Positions 37,666 through 46,935 of a stretch of 49,508 bases of DNA are shown in pieces (the stretch's first letter is position 1; each line of letters begins with the position of its first letter). Origin of the DNA: Terriglobales bacterium. GTDB taxonomy: Bacteria > Acidobacteriota > Terriglobia > Terriglobales > Acidobacteriaceae. Position numbers and translations under genes: made by a program. The notes under the pieces are model-generated. The model saw nothing but the letters and a program-made list of their open reading frames with translations. It was not told where the DNA came from and searched no databases. The DNA is taken from assembly GCA_049698855.1 (NCBI GenBank), contig JBAVYO010000234.1, positions 1 to 49,508 of the forward strand, read 5' to 3'.

Positions 37666-37742
37666 AGGCGTTTCCGGGTTGGACACGACTTGCGAGCGAA
37701 CCGCACCCTTGCGTGCCAACCGTACTCGCCGCCGCCGGGCGC

Positions 37743-38048
37743 TCATTGCCACTGCGCATTATGCCGCGCTAGCCACCAGCAGGGAACGTTCCATTGTTGC
37801 GAGGCATACTGCGGAAACAGCGTTCGTGAGCAGGGTTGGTCGGCCGTCCCCATGTAGTCATACTCGGCCTTGTTGCCTTTGAGCGGAGTCTGCAGATATT
37901 GCTCCACCGGAACGCTGCCCAACGCAGTCCCTTGCATGCGCCGCACTGCAAAAATGCCCCAATCGAGGAGGTAGAGAACCGTCAGCCCAATCAGCAAATA
38001 TCTCGCAGTGTTTCGCAGGATTTCGAGCGGCTCGATTCGCATGGCCAA
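37743..38048 (-). CDS. Hypothetical small membrane protein
   Basis: It has one clear TM helix ('YLLIGLTVLYLLDWGIFAV'). The start is TTG at 38048 or ATG at 38042, with no Shine-Dalgarno sequence. No family was recognised. Confidence 0.3.
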   Translation of the reverse strand: MAMRIEPLEILRNTARYLLIGLTVLYLLDWGIFAVRRMQGTALGSVPVEQYLQTPLKGNKAEYDYMGTADQPCSRTLFPQYASQQWNVPCWWLARHNAQWQ

Positions 38049-38170
38049 AGTTTGATCGGCAGAACCCTCTGTCAGTTACGCGCGAATCTTACGTGGACGG
38101 TACACAACAGTCAACGAAGGGAACCGGGCTTGCCGACAGCGCGCTTCGCCGAAAAATCGGCGCTGTGTTC

Positions 38171-40168
38171 TTAATGAAGCGCAGCGTCAATCGTTCGTAG
38201 AAGCGCGCCTCGAGTGAACGGCTTGTCCAGCATGGCGATTCCATGCATCTCGCCGTTCTGCGTAAGCAGCTCTCCTGTGTACCCGGACATATACACGATC
38301 TTTAGGGCTGGATGCTGATGGAGGAGTTTGCGAGCCAGTTCGGGCCCGCTCATCCCGCGCATCACGACGTCGGTCAACACAACGTCGATCGACACCCCGC
38401 TCGAATCCAGCTTCTCCAGCGCGGAACTCCCATCTTCGGCTTCGACGACGTTGTAGCCGTGTTCTTGCAACATTTGTCGGGTGAGACGGCGCATCAGCGC
38501 ATCGTCCTCGACCAGCAAGATGGCTTTTCCGTCCGCTCTCGGAGGCAGGGCCTCGGTTTTGGCCTTGGGCGCCATTCCCAGCTTATGGTCGGCGGCCGGC
38601 AGATAGACCTTAAAGGTCGTGCCCCGCCCGACTTCGCTGTACACCCAGACATGGCCTCCGTTTTGCTTCACGATTCCGTACACTGTCGCTAATCCCAAAC
38701 CCGTGCCTTTGCCCGCTTCTTTTGTCGTGAAAAAAGGCTCGAAGATTTGAGAAAGAATTTTGTCGTCCATGCCGATGCCGTTGTCGCTGATCGCCAACAA
38801 AACATACCGGCCAGCTTTCATGGGTGGATGCCGTTCCGCCAATCCCGCGTCAAATTCCTGCACCGACGTTTCGAGAATCAGCTTCCCGCCCTTCGGCATG
38901 GCATCCCGGGCATTGACCGCAATGTTTAAAATGATTTGATCGAGCTGCGCCGGGTCGGACTCGACGACCGCAACCTCAGCCCCATGCCGGACAACTACCT
39001 GAACATCGTCACCCATCAGAGGCCGCAAAAGCTTGACCACCTCCCTGACCGCATCGTTCAGATCGAGCAGGCGCGGCTGGGCGCCGACTTGTTTTCGGCT
39101 GAAAGAAAGCAGCTGGCGAGTGAGTGAGGCGCCGCGCTTGGACGCCTCCTGGATATTGTCGATGTATTGCGTGACGCCGTTCTGCTCAAGATGGCTGCGC
39201 AGCAGCTCGCAGCAGGCAGTAATAATACCCAGCACATTATTGAAGTCGTGGGCGACGCCGCCGGCCAATCGCCCAACGGCTTCCATTTTTTGCGCCTGCC
39301 GCAGCAGTTCCTCCGATCGCTTTTGTCCGGTAACGTCGCGCGCAATCACGGACGCCCCGATGATTTGCCCTGTCGCATCCTGAATTGGAGAAACCGAAAT
39401 TGACACATTCAGGTGCTTGCCGTCTTTCCGCACTCGAGTCGTTTCAAAATGGTCGACGCGGCTGCCCTGGCGAATCTTCGCCAATATCTCCATTGTCTCG
39501 TCGCGGCGCTCATCCGGCGCGAGCATGGAAATCGGCTTGCCAATCACTTCTTCCGCTGTGTAGCCGTAGATGTGTTCCGCACCCTTGTTCCAGTGGGTGA
39601 TGGTGCCCTCAAGAGTTTTCGCAATGATCGCGTCCTGCGACGAATCCACGATAAGAGCAAGACGGTCCTGCGATTCCCGCAGTTCCCGGTCTTTGCTGGC
39701 GGCGAGTTCCGCATGGGCCTTGTGCAGCTCCTGCTCGATGCGTTTGCGGTCCGTAATGTCGCGGATGGCGCTTAACACCAGCATGCCGGACTCGGTGGGC
39801 ACGGGCGACAAACTGATTTCCACCGGGAATTCCGAACCATCCTTGCGCCGGCCGTGGAGGTCGAGCTGTGCGCCCATGCGCCGCATCTCGGGCTGTTGCT
39901 GGAACCTCGCGCGATGGTGATTGTGGGCCTCGCGCTGCCCCATCGGAACCAGCATCTCGACGCTCTGGCCGACCAATTCACCCTGCGTATATCCAAACAG
40001 CCGTTCGGTTTGAGAGTTGACCTGAACGATCACGCCATGGTGGTCGACTGCCACCATCGCGTCGGGCACGGCTTCGAAGAAAATTGGAGACAGAAGTTGG
40101 CCGGTCACATTCTCGCTCAAACTATGCCGCCTTTTCTCGGGATGCGGATCGAGCGCGTGCAAAGGCAT
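38171..40168 (-). CDS. Hybrid sensor histidine kinase (PAS-PAS-HisKA-HATPase-REC), cytoplasmic
   Basis: Two PAS modules ('VDHHGVIVQVNSQTERLFGYTQGELVGQ', 'LEGTITHWNKGAEHIYGYTAEEVIGK'). H-box 'LAGGVAHDFNNVL'. G-boxes 'DNGIGMD' and 'GKGTGLGLA'. C-terminal receiver domain 'ILLVEDD...VLTDVVMRGMSG'. Confidence 0.9.
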   Translation of the reverse strand: MPLHALDPHPEKRRHSLSENVTGQLLSPIFFEAVPDAMVAVDHHGVIVQVNSQTERLFGYTQGELVGQSVEMLVPMGQREAHNHHRARFQQQPEMRRMGAQLDLHGRRKDGSEFPVEISLSPVPTESGMLVLSAIRDITDRKRIEQELHKAHAELAASKDRELRESQDRLALIVDSSQDAIIAKTLEGTITHWNKGAEHIYGYTAEEVIGKPISMLAPDERRDETMEILAKIRQGSRVDHFETTRVRKDGKHLNVSISVSPIQDATGQIIGASVIARDVTGQKRSEELLRQAQKMEAVGRLAGGVAHDFNNVLGIITACCELLRSHLEQNGVTQYIDNIQEASKRGASLTRQLLSFSRKQVGAQPRLLDLNDAVREVVKLLRPLMGDDVQVVVRHGAEVAVVESDPAQLDQIILNIAVNARDAMPKGGKLILETSVQEFDAGLAERHPPMKAGRYVLLAISDNGIGMDDKILSQIFEPFFTTKEAGKGTGLGLATVYGIVKQNGGHVWVYSEVGRGTTFKVYLPAADHKLGMAPKAKTEALPPRADGKAILLVEDDALMRRLTRQMLQEHGYNVVEAEDGSSALEKLDSSGVSIDVVLTDVVMRGMSGPELARKLLHQHPALKIVYMSGYTGELLTQNGEMHGIAMLDKPFTRGALLRTIDAALH

Positions 40169-40286
40169 ACTACCCCACAGTTGCCATTACTATACGTGTG
40201 CGGTGCGGAGCACTCAAGCCAATAACCGCGAATGCTCAACATCCATCACGTTCCCGAAACAACTTCGCTCTTGCCCTGGGCTAGCG

Positions 40287-40733
40287 CTAGCGGCGGCAGG
40301 CGGAACAGTATCCGCCCACTTCCAGACGCGACACAACAATATGAAAGCGGCAATCGCTTTCCAGCTGGCTCTTCAGCGAATCGAAAGTCTTACTCACAAA
40401 TTCAGTGATCTTCCCGCACCGCAGGCATGCCATGTGAATATGATCGGGGCCCAGCTTGCGCTCGTAGTAGTGTCCCTCGCCGTTTAGATGCATCAAATCG
40501 AGCTCATCGATCAGACCTTGCCGCTTGAGCAGGTCCAGCGTGCGGTACACGGTGCTGCGGTCCACCGAGGCTTCCAACCGTTGCGCCTTGCGCAGGATTT
40601 GGCTTGCGTCGAGATGCTTGGATGCCGTCTCAATGACGGCCAGGATCGCGCGTCGCTGCACGGTCATGCGGATTCCGCGGCCCGCGAGCTGCGTTTGCAG
40701 ATGGCCTGGAACTTGAGTGTGCGGCAAGGGCAT
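40287..40733 (-). CDS. Fur-family transcriptional regulator (Fur/Zur/PerR subclass not resolved)
   Basis: 'RMTVQRRAILAVIETASKHLDASQILRKA......STVYRTLDLLKRQGLI' winged helix, 'HIHMACLRCGKI' and a 'CSAC' structural Zn site. The ORF-track start at 40781 is TTG and would lie inside the putative operator. An ATG at 40733 is preferred. Confidence 0.85.
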   Translation of the reverse strand: MPLPHTQVPGHLQTQLAGRGIRMTVQRRAILAVIETASKHLDASQILRKAQRLEASVDRSTVYRTLDLLKRQGLIDELDLMHLNGEGHYYERKLGPDHIHMACLRCGKITEFVSKTFDSLKSQLESDCRFHIVVSRLEVGGYCSACRR

Positions 40734-40774
40734 GGTTTGATCTCTAGATGAAGATGCAACTCTGTCGCAAACAC

Positions 40775-40804
40775 ATTGCAATACAATTTTTGTATACGTA
40801 TTGA
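40775..40804. promoter_or_regulatory. AT-rich overlapping dyads (ATTGCAATACAATTTTTGTATACGTATTGA), a candidate Fur-family operator in the fur/TBDR divergent region
   Basis: ATACAA-ttt-TTGTAT (40781-40795) is nested with CAATAC...GTATTG (40779-40803). It is flanked by gtcgcaaa (40764-40771) and tttgcgac (40845-40852). A separate perfect 14-nt palindrome, CCAGTTGCAACTGG, is at 40853-40866. Confidence 0.45.
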
Positions 40805-40924
40805 CCGAACCAGGAGCCCGACCTTACGGTTAAGTGTAGCCCTATTTGCGACCCAGTTGCAACTGGCTTGGGCGACATCGCAGGACCAATAGCCTTGCGA
40901 ACAAAAACCGGAATTTGGGCCAAG

Positions 40925-43900
40925 ATGACTATCCCTGTAAATCCGCTGAGATCGTTCTTCCTTTCGGGTGCCTTTGTACTGCTGTCGTTTGTCTGTGCGC
41001 GGGCCGTTGTCGGTGGCCGCATCCAGGGCACGGTCAAGGACTCGAGCGGCGCGGTCGTGGCAAAGGCTGCCGTCACTGCAGTTCACACCAGCACGGGCGT
41101 TAAGGTCTCGACCGCGACCGACGAGAAGGGAATCTACGCATTTCCGCTCCTGCCCGCCGGCCGCTATGACATTGCAATCGATGTCCCCGGCTTCCGGCCT
41201 TATCGCCGCACCGGGGTCGTTGTCGATTCCGATAGCGCATCCATCATCGATGCCACGCTGACCGTCGGACCGAGGGCGGACTCCGTTATCGTCGAGGACA
41301 CCGCGGCTCGCGCCGAAACATCGGATACGCAGATGGGCGAGGTCATTAGCGGCACGAAGATCGCGGCTGTGCCTTTGAATGGCCGCAGCTACACCGATCT
41401 GCTCGCTTTGCAACCAGGCGTGGCCCCGGCAACCTCGCTCACTTCCGGCACTGTGCAGGATATTGGCGCCAGCGCTTTCTCTCCTTCGGGCGATTTGAAT
41501 CCGGGAACGATTTCGATCAACGGCCAGCGCGAGTTCTCAAACGCGTTCTCTGTAAACGGAAGCGATGCTGAGGAAGACGTCAACGCTGGAACGGCCATTA
41601 TTCCCAACCTCGACTCCATCGCCGAGTTCCGCATTCTAACCAACAATTTCGACGCCGAGACGGGAGGCCATAGCGGAGGGCAGATCAGCGTAGTCACGAA
41701 ATCGGGTACCAATCAATTTCACGGCGACATTTTCGAATTTCTACGCAACACGAATCTGGACGCCCGCAACTACTTTTCACCCGTGCGCGGCCTTTTCGAT
41801 CAGAATCAATTCGGCGCGACCTTCGGCGGACCGATACGAAAAAGCAGAGTTTTCTTTTTCGCCGATTATCAGGGCACTCGATTAACGCAGGGAATCGATA
41901 CAAATACGATTTCCGTGCCTTCGTCGCAAGATCGGAGCGGCAATCTCTCCGATCTCGCGAGTTCGTTCGCAACTACAGACGCCAACGGAAACACAGTGCC
42001 CACCATCGTAAACGGTGCGTATTGGGCCAGCGAACTTTCACAGAAACTGGGATACGCCGTCTCCGCCAATGAACCATATTATTTTTATAAGAATGAGGAT
42101 GAGCCGGGTAACCAGATTCCCCCACTCACTTATAAATCGGCCTGCACATCCACGGCGCAGTGCGTTTTGCCAGGGTTAACCATTCCTCAGGCTGCGTGGT
42201 CCGTGCCCGCAAAAAATCTGCTGCAATATATCCCCGGACCGAACTCGGGCACGAGCAGTTTCGCAACCTCGGCCTATAACGAAACTCTGCACGACGACAA
42301 GGGCGCCTACCGGCTCGACGCGAACAGCCGCTGGGGGCTGTTTTCCGCCTACTATTTTCTCGACGACTACACGCTCAACAATCCCTATCCGGTGGCGCAA
42401 AGCGGGGCCAACGTGCCCGGTTTCAGCGATCTGAATCTTGGCAGGGCGCAATTGTTCAGCCTGGGCCACACCAAAACTCTGAGTACAACTGCCGTCAACG
42501 ATCTTCACTTCAGCTACCTGCGCGACACTAACAACCTAGGGAAGCCCGTGGGCGGTCTCGGCATTAGCCTGGCATCGCAGGGATTTCAAACCGGCGGGTC
42601 TGGTATTGTGCCTCTTAATCCGAACGGCGAAGGCGTCGAGAACATTATCTTCAACGCCTATTCCATCGGAACAACTCCGAACGAATTGCGGCAGGCAAAC
42701 AATACTTTCCAATGGATCGACAACTTCTCCAAGGTGCTGGGCCGTCACACGATGAAGGTCGGCGCGGAATTTCACTACGACCAGATCAACACTAATGCGA
42801 TTGCGCAATTCAACGGCAGCTTTCTGTTTACCGGGAGCGAGACAGGCTCCGACTTCGCCGATTTTCTGCTTGGCATTCCCAGTCAGTACAACCAGAGTCA
42901 GTTGCAGCCGTTTTATGGACGCAATCGATATTGGGGATTGTACGGGCAGGACAGCTGGCGCATACGCCCTGACCTGATGTTGAATTACGGCTTACGTTGG
43001 GAACGCATCGAGCCCTGGTATGAAAAAAACAACGGAATCTCGGTACTCGATCCCGGCAAGTCATCGGCTGTTTTCCCCGGCGCGCCGGCGGGCATACTTT
43101 TCCCGACGGATCCGGGTGTGCCGCGTACTCTGGCGCCACCAGGAAATCGGGACTTTGCCCCTCGCATTGGCGTGGCCTATTCGCCGAGCGTTGCACGAAA
43201 CTCTCTTTTTGGAAAGGTGCTAGGTGAGTCCGGCAAAACGAGCATCCGTGCAGGCTTCGGAATGTATTACTCGCAGATTGAAGCCCTGACGATGGGAGTT
43301 CTGGCCGGCAACGCTCCGTTCGGCATCACTTATTCAAGCCCCGCTCCACCGCTGTTCGCTACTCCTTTCATTACGGCCTCGACCGGACAGGAGCAAGTCA
43401 ATCCTTTTCCCGTCAAACTCGCAACCGGGATGGCCTCGATCCACCATCCAAACCCGAACATCGACTGGCAGCAATACGAGCCCATCACCGGCATTCCAGC
43501 GTATCCCACAACCAATCGCATTCCTTACGTCGAAGAATATATGCTGTCATTCCAGCGTCAGATTGGCGCGACTACAGTGCTCAGTGCAAGTTACGTGGGC
43601 AATGAGGGGCACCGCTCTCTCGTGTTGGTGGAGGCTAACCCCGGCAACCCAGCGCTCTGTTTAAGTCTGCCGGGCTGCGGCCCTTTCCAGGAAGATACCT
43701 ATAATACCCGGGGACCCCTGGGCTCGAACTTCGGCAGCGACGCCGATCAGGCAACCATCGGCAAGTCCAATTACAACTCCCTCGAATTAAGTCTGCGGCA
43801 TACTAGCGGCCGGCTGGATTTTTCAGCGGGATACACTTACAGCAAATCGATGGACAATTCTTCAAGTTTGGGCGAGCAGGTTAATCCCAGTAATCCAGCT

Positions 43901-44524
43901 TTGAGCTACGCGCTGTCCGCTTTCGACGTTAAGCACAATTTTGTGGCCAGTTACAGATATCAGCTCCCGGTCGAGCGTCTCTTCAGGCGATCGACTAGCT
44001 GGACCGAAGGCTGGGCTTTCTCGGGAGTTACACATTTCAGCAGTGGATTTCCAGTAACTCTTTATAATTACGGCGACAATTCTCTATTGGGTGCGGAACC
44101 GAATGGCGTCAACAACTACGGTGTCGATGAACCGCAATACACGCCCGGGCCGCTCAGGCTGAACCAGAATCCGCGTAATGGCGCCGCTTATTTCAATACT
44201 TCACTTTTTGGGTTACAACCCCTGGGCACTCCTGGAAATGCCAAGCGACGCTTCTTTTATGGTCCCGGCCTTAATAACTATGACATGGCTCTCATGAAGG
44301 AGCTACGACTTACAGAATCCAAAATGCTGAACTTCCGCATGGAGGCGTTCAACATCTTCAACCACGCGCAATTTTATGGTCCTGGGGCGGTTAACGGCAA
44401 CGTTAACGAGCTCTGTTCAGCCGCAGCAGGTGCGTCCATTGTCGCCGATACATCTTGCTTCGGCTACGTAGTCAGCGCGATGCCTCCGCGGTTGATGCAG
44501 GCGGCTATCAAATTCGTATTCTGA
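40925..44524 (+). CDS. TonB-dependent receptor with N-terminal carboxypeptidase-regulatory-like domain
   Basis: Signal peptide 'MTIPVNPLRSFFLSGAFVLLSFVCARA'. 'GRIQGTVKDSSGAVVAKAAVTAVHTSTGVKVSTATDEKGIYAFPLLPAGRYDIAIDVPGF'. Plug-like 'NGRSYTDLLALQPGV'. C-terminal 'IKFVF'. The ORF-track start at 40868 is TTG. Confidence 0.87.
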   Translation: MTIPVNPLRSFFLSGAFVLLSFVCARAVVGGRIQGTVKDSSGAVVAKAAVTAVHTSTGVKVSTATDEKGIYAFPLLPAGRYDIAIDVPGFRPYRRTGVVVDSDSASIIDATLTVGPRADSVIVEDTAARAETSDTQMGEVISGTKIAAVPLNGRSYTDLLALQPGVAPATSLTSGTVQDIGASAFSPSGDLNPGTISINGQREFSNAFSVNGSDAEEDVNAGTAIIPNLDSIAEFRILTNNFDAETGGHSGGQISVVTKSGTNQFHGDIFEFLRNTNLDARNYFSPVRGLFDQNQFGATFGGPIRKSRVFFFADYQGTRLTQGIDTNTISVPSSQDRSGNLSDLASSFATTDANGNTVPTIVNGAYWASELSQKLGYAVSANEPYYFYKNEDEPGNQIPPLTYKSACTSTAQCVLPGLTIPQAAWSVPAKNLLQYIPGPNSGTSSFATSAYNETLHDDKGAYRLDANSRWGLFSAYYFLDDYTLNNPYPVAQSGANVPGFSDLNLGRAQLFSLGHTKTLSTTAVNDLHFSYLRDTNNLGKPVGGLGISLASQGFQTGGSGIVPLNPNGEGVENIIFNAYSIGTTPNELRQANNTFQWIDNFSKVLGRHTMKVGAEFHYDQINTNAIAQFNGSFLFTGSETGSDFADFLLGIPSQYNQSQLQPFYGRNRYWGLYGQDSWRIRPDLMLNYGLRWERIEPWYEKNNGISVLDPGKSSAVFPGAPAGILFPTDPGVPRTLAPPGNRDFAPRIGVAYSPSVARNSLFGKVLGESGKTSIRAGFGMYYSQIEALTMGVLAGNAPFGITYSSPAPPLFATPFITASTGQEQVNPFPVKLATGMASIHHPNPNIDWQQYEPITGIPAYPTTNRIPYVEEYMLSFQRQIGATTVLSASYVGNEGHRSLVLVEANPGNPALCLSLPGCGPFQEDTYNTRGPLGSNFGSDADQATIGKSNYNSLELSLRHTSGRLDFSAGYTYSKSMDNSSSLGEQVNPSNPALSYALSAFDVKHNFVASYRYQLPVERLFRRSTSWTEGWAFSGVTHFSSGFPVTLYNYGDNSLLGAEPNGVNNYGVDEPQYTPGPLRLNQNPRNGAAYFNTSLFGLQPLGTPGNAKRRFFYGPGLNNYDMALMKELRLTESKMLNFRMEAFNIFNHAQFYGPGAVNGNVNELCSAAAGASIVADTSCFGYVVSAMPPRLMQAAIKFVF

Positions 44525-46804
44525 TTATTGTAAGTTCGGCGTACGCTCCCCAAGCGCCGCCAAGGCAGCCTGTCCCAGGCTGATGCCGCCGTCGTTCGCT
44601 GGAACAGCATGATTCGTCCAAAGCTGCAATCCTGTGTTCCCGACCTCTGCCTTGAGATCCTCGATCAGCAGTTCATTCTGAAAAACGCCGCCCGAGAGAA
44701 CGATCACGTCCACCTGGTGAGGGACGGCCAACATCTTGATTGCATCCGCGACGCCGCGGGCCACTCCAGCTTGAAATGCGCGCGCAATTTCCGCGATGTC
44801 ACGTCCTTTCAATCTGTCCATCGCGACCGCCCGCAGCAGCGGCCGAAAATCCAGTTCTCCATTCAGAAACGGAAACGGATAACGATCGCCTATCTCAGCG
44901 GAGCGAGCTAGATGCTCCACCCACATCGCCGCCTGTCCCTCGAATGTGACGTCGCGCGTGGATCCCAGCAGTGCCGCCGCCGTGTCGAACAACCTGCCCG
45001 TCGAAGTGGTTGGAAATGTACGTACATGTTTGTCAATCAATTGCAATGCCGTTTGATACCGCGACGGAAAAGAAAATGGCGGCTCACTCAGATTTGGCAA
45101 CCCTTCTACCTGCGACATAAAACCCGCCGCAGCCTGTACCGGATGCTGCGCCGCCGCGTCGCCTCCCGCCAGGAGTGCGGACCGCAAATGCGCAACCCGT
45201 TCGAATCCTTCGCGCAAGCTTCCAACCAAAAATTCTCCGCCCCAAATGCTGCCATCGTCGCCGTAGCCAGTTCCGTCAAAACTTAGGCCCAGCACCTGTT
45301 TCTCCCATGCGCCGCGCTCCGCCAGCACCGAAGCGATGTGTGCGCGATGATGTTGCACCGCCAGCCGTCGCGTTGCGGGCAGCCGCAGCGCATGGACCGT
45401 GGATCGATACTCGGGATGAGCATCGTGCGCCACCACGACGTCCTCCCATCGAATCTCATACATCGTCATCAGATCGCGAATTGTCTCTTCAAATGCGCGG
45501 AAAGCGTCGTAATGATCGAGATCGCCGATGTGCTGGCTGACAAATGCCTGTCCCGCGACCACCAGGGTCACTGTATTTTTCAGATCCGCACCAAGAGCAA
45601 GAATCGGCTGGGGGTGCGTATCGAGCGGAAAACTAGCCACCGCGCCCGGCGCATAGCCGCGCGATCGCCGCAAAATTGCCGGGCCGAGCGCTCCCACACG
45701 CGCCACCGAATCATCGACGCGCCGCGCAATGGGGCGCTCGCCGACTAGGAAAGCATCTGCAATGCCCGACAATCGGTCAAACGCATCCTGATCCTCGTAA
45801 GCAATCGGCTCGCTCGAACGATTCGCGCTCGTCATGACTAGAACTGACGGCGCGCCGGCCGCAAACAACAAATGCTGCAGTGGAGTATAGGGCAGCATGA
45901 TGCCAAGTTCGCGATTATCAGGAGCTATGCCCGCAAGCTCCTCTTTTGCAGGTGCCAGCACGATGGGCCGCGCCATCGAAGTAAGTAATTCAATCGCGTC
46001 GGGTGAAAGCTCTGCCAACTTTTGCGCATCGGCGACATGATCCACCATCACCGCGAATGGTTTTTCTTTGCGAAATTTGCGCGCGCGCATCTCCGCCACG
46101 GTAGCGGCATTCCGCGCATCGCAGGCCAAGTGATATCCGCCCAGGCCTTTTATCGCGACAATGTTTCCTGCATGCAGCAACGCCACAGTTTCACGAATTA
46201 CACCCTCGTCGCCACGCGTTGTTTCTTCGCCAACGCGTAAGTAGTAGTGCGGACCGCACTCGGGGCAGGCCACCGGCTGCGCGTGAAATCGCCGATTTCC
46301 CGGATCGTGATATTCGCGATCGCAGTATTCGTCAAACGGCCAGTCCTTCATTGTTGTATTGGGACGATCGTACGGCAGCGCCAGAATCACCGTGTAACGC
46401 GGCCCGCAATTCGTGCAGTTAATGTATGGATACTGATAGCGGCGATTTGCGCGGTCGGCCAGTTCATGCAAACACTCATTACACGCGGGCAAGTCGGGCG
46501 AGATGCGTACAGTGGGCCGCCGATTCCGCTCGCTCTCCTTGATAGTGAATCGATCAAATCCGACAACCGCGATCGGTTCAACCTCGATAGCAACAATTCG
46601 AGAAGCCGGAGGCGCGTCGCTTTTCAGCCGGTCAAGAAAATTCTGCAAGCGCAAGTCATCGCCCTCCAGGTGGATGGCCACGCCCTCTTCGCCATTCAGC
46701 ACCCACCCTGTTAAGCGCAACTCGCCGGCAATGCGATAGACGAACGGACGAAATCCCACGCCCTGCACTACTCCACGAACTTTGATCAGACAAGCGCTCG
46801 CCAT
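44525..46804 (-). CDS. hypF: [NiFe]-hydrogenase maturation carbamoyltransferase HypF
   Basis: Acylphosphatase domain 'VRGVVQGVGFRPFVYRIA'. Two Zn-finger pairs, 'CNECLHEL...RRYQYPYINCTNCGPRYT' and 'CPECGPHY'. A YrdC-like domain, then a Kae1-like C-terminus. Confidence 0.92.
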   Translation of the reverse strand: MASACLIKVRGVVQGVGFRPFVYRIAGELRLTGWVLNGEEGVAIHLEGDDLRLQNFLDRLKSDAPPASRIVAIEVEPIAVVGFDRFTIKESERNRRPTVRISPDLPACNECLHELADRANRRYQYPYINCTNCGPRYTVILALPYDRPNTTMKDWPFDEYCDREYHDPGNRRFHAQPVACPECGPHYYLRVGEETTRGDEGVIRETVALLHAGNIVAIKGLGGYHLACDARNAATVAEMRARKFRKEKPFAVMVDHVADAQKLAELSPDAIELLTSMARPIVLAPAKEELAGIAPDNRELGIMLPYTPLQHLLFAAGAPSVLVMTSANRSSEPIAYEDQDAFDRLSGIADAFLVGERPIARRVDDSVARVGALGPAILRRSRGYAPGAVASFPLDTHPQPILALGADLKNTVTLVVAGQAFVSQHIGDLDHYDAFRAFEETIRDLMTMYEIRWEDVVVAHDAHPEYRSTVHALRLPATRRLAVQHHRAHIASVLAERGAWEKQVLGLSFDGTGYGDDGSIWGGEFLVGSLREGFERVAHLRSALLAGGDAAAQHPVQAAAGFMSQVEGLPNLSEPPFSFPSRYQTALQLIDKHVRTFPTTSTGRLFDTAAALLGSTRDVTFEGQAAMWVEHLARSAEIGDRYPFPFLNGELDFRPLLRAVAMDRLKGRDIAEIARAFQAGVARGVADAIKMLAVPHQVDVIVLSGGVFQNELLIEDLKAEVGNTGLQLWTNHAVPANDGGISLGQAALAALGERTPNLQ

Positions 46805-46935
46805 CGCTATCAGTGTTCTTCAAATATCGGCAATATCGAACCACTCAGGGTGCCCTAGGTTCGCGCCCGCTCTTGGGCGCTAACCTGGGCGGTAGGCTCC
46901 AGCCAAAGACCCCACCCTGTTAAGCTCGTTTCTGC

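Noticed and set aside
40664-41413. 249-aa minus-strand ORF across the fur/TBDR region
   Set aside because: It overlaps the Fur-family gene out of frame and is antisense to the TBDR. No motifs were recognised.
46702-46925. 15-nt exact direct repeat cccaccctgttaagc (46702-46716 inside hypF; 46911-46925 upstream of the flavoprotein gene)
   Set aside because: One copy is ordinary coding sequence ('RLTGWVL'). A few 15-mer coincidences are expected in 50 kb on both strands, and the surroundings show no further similarity. It was noted only because the copies are close together.
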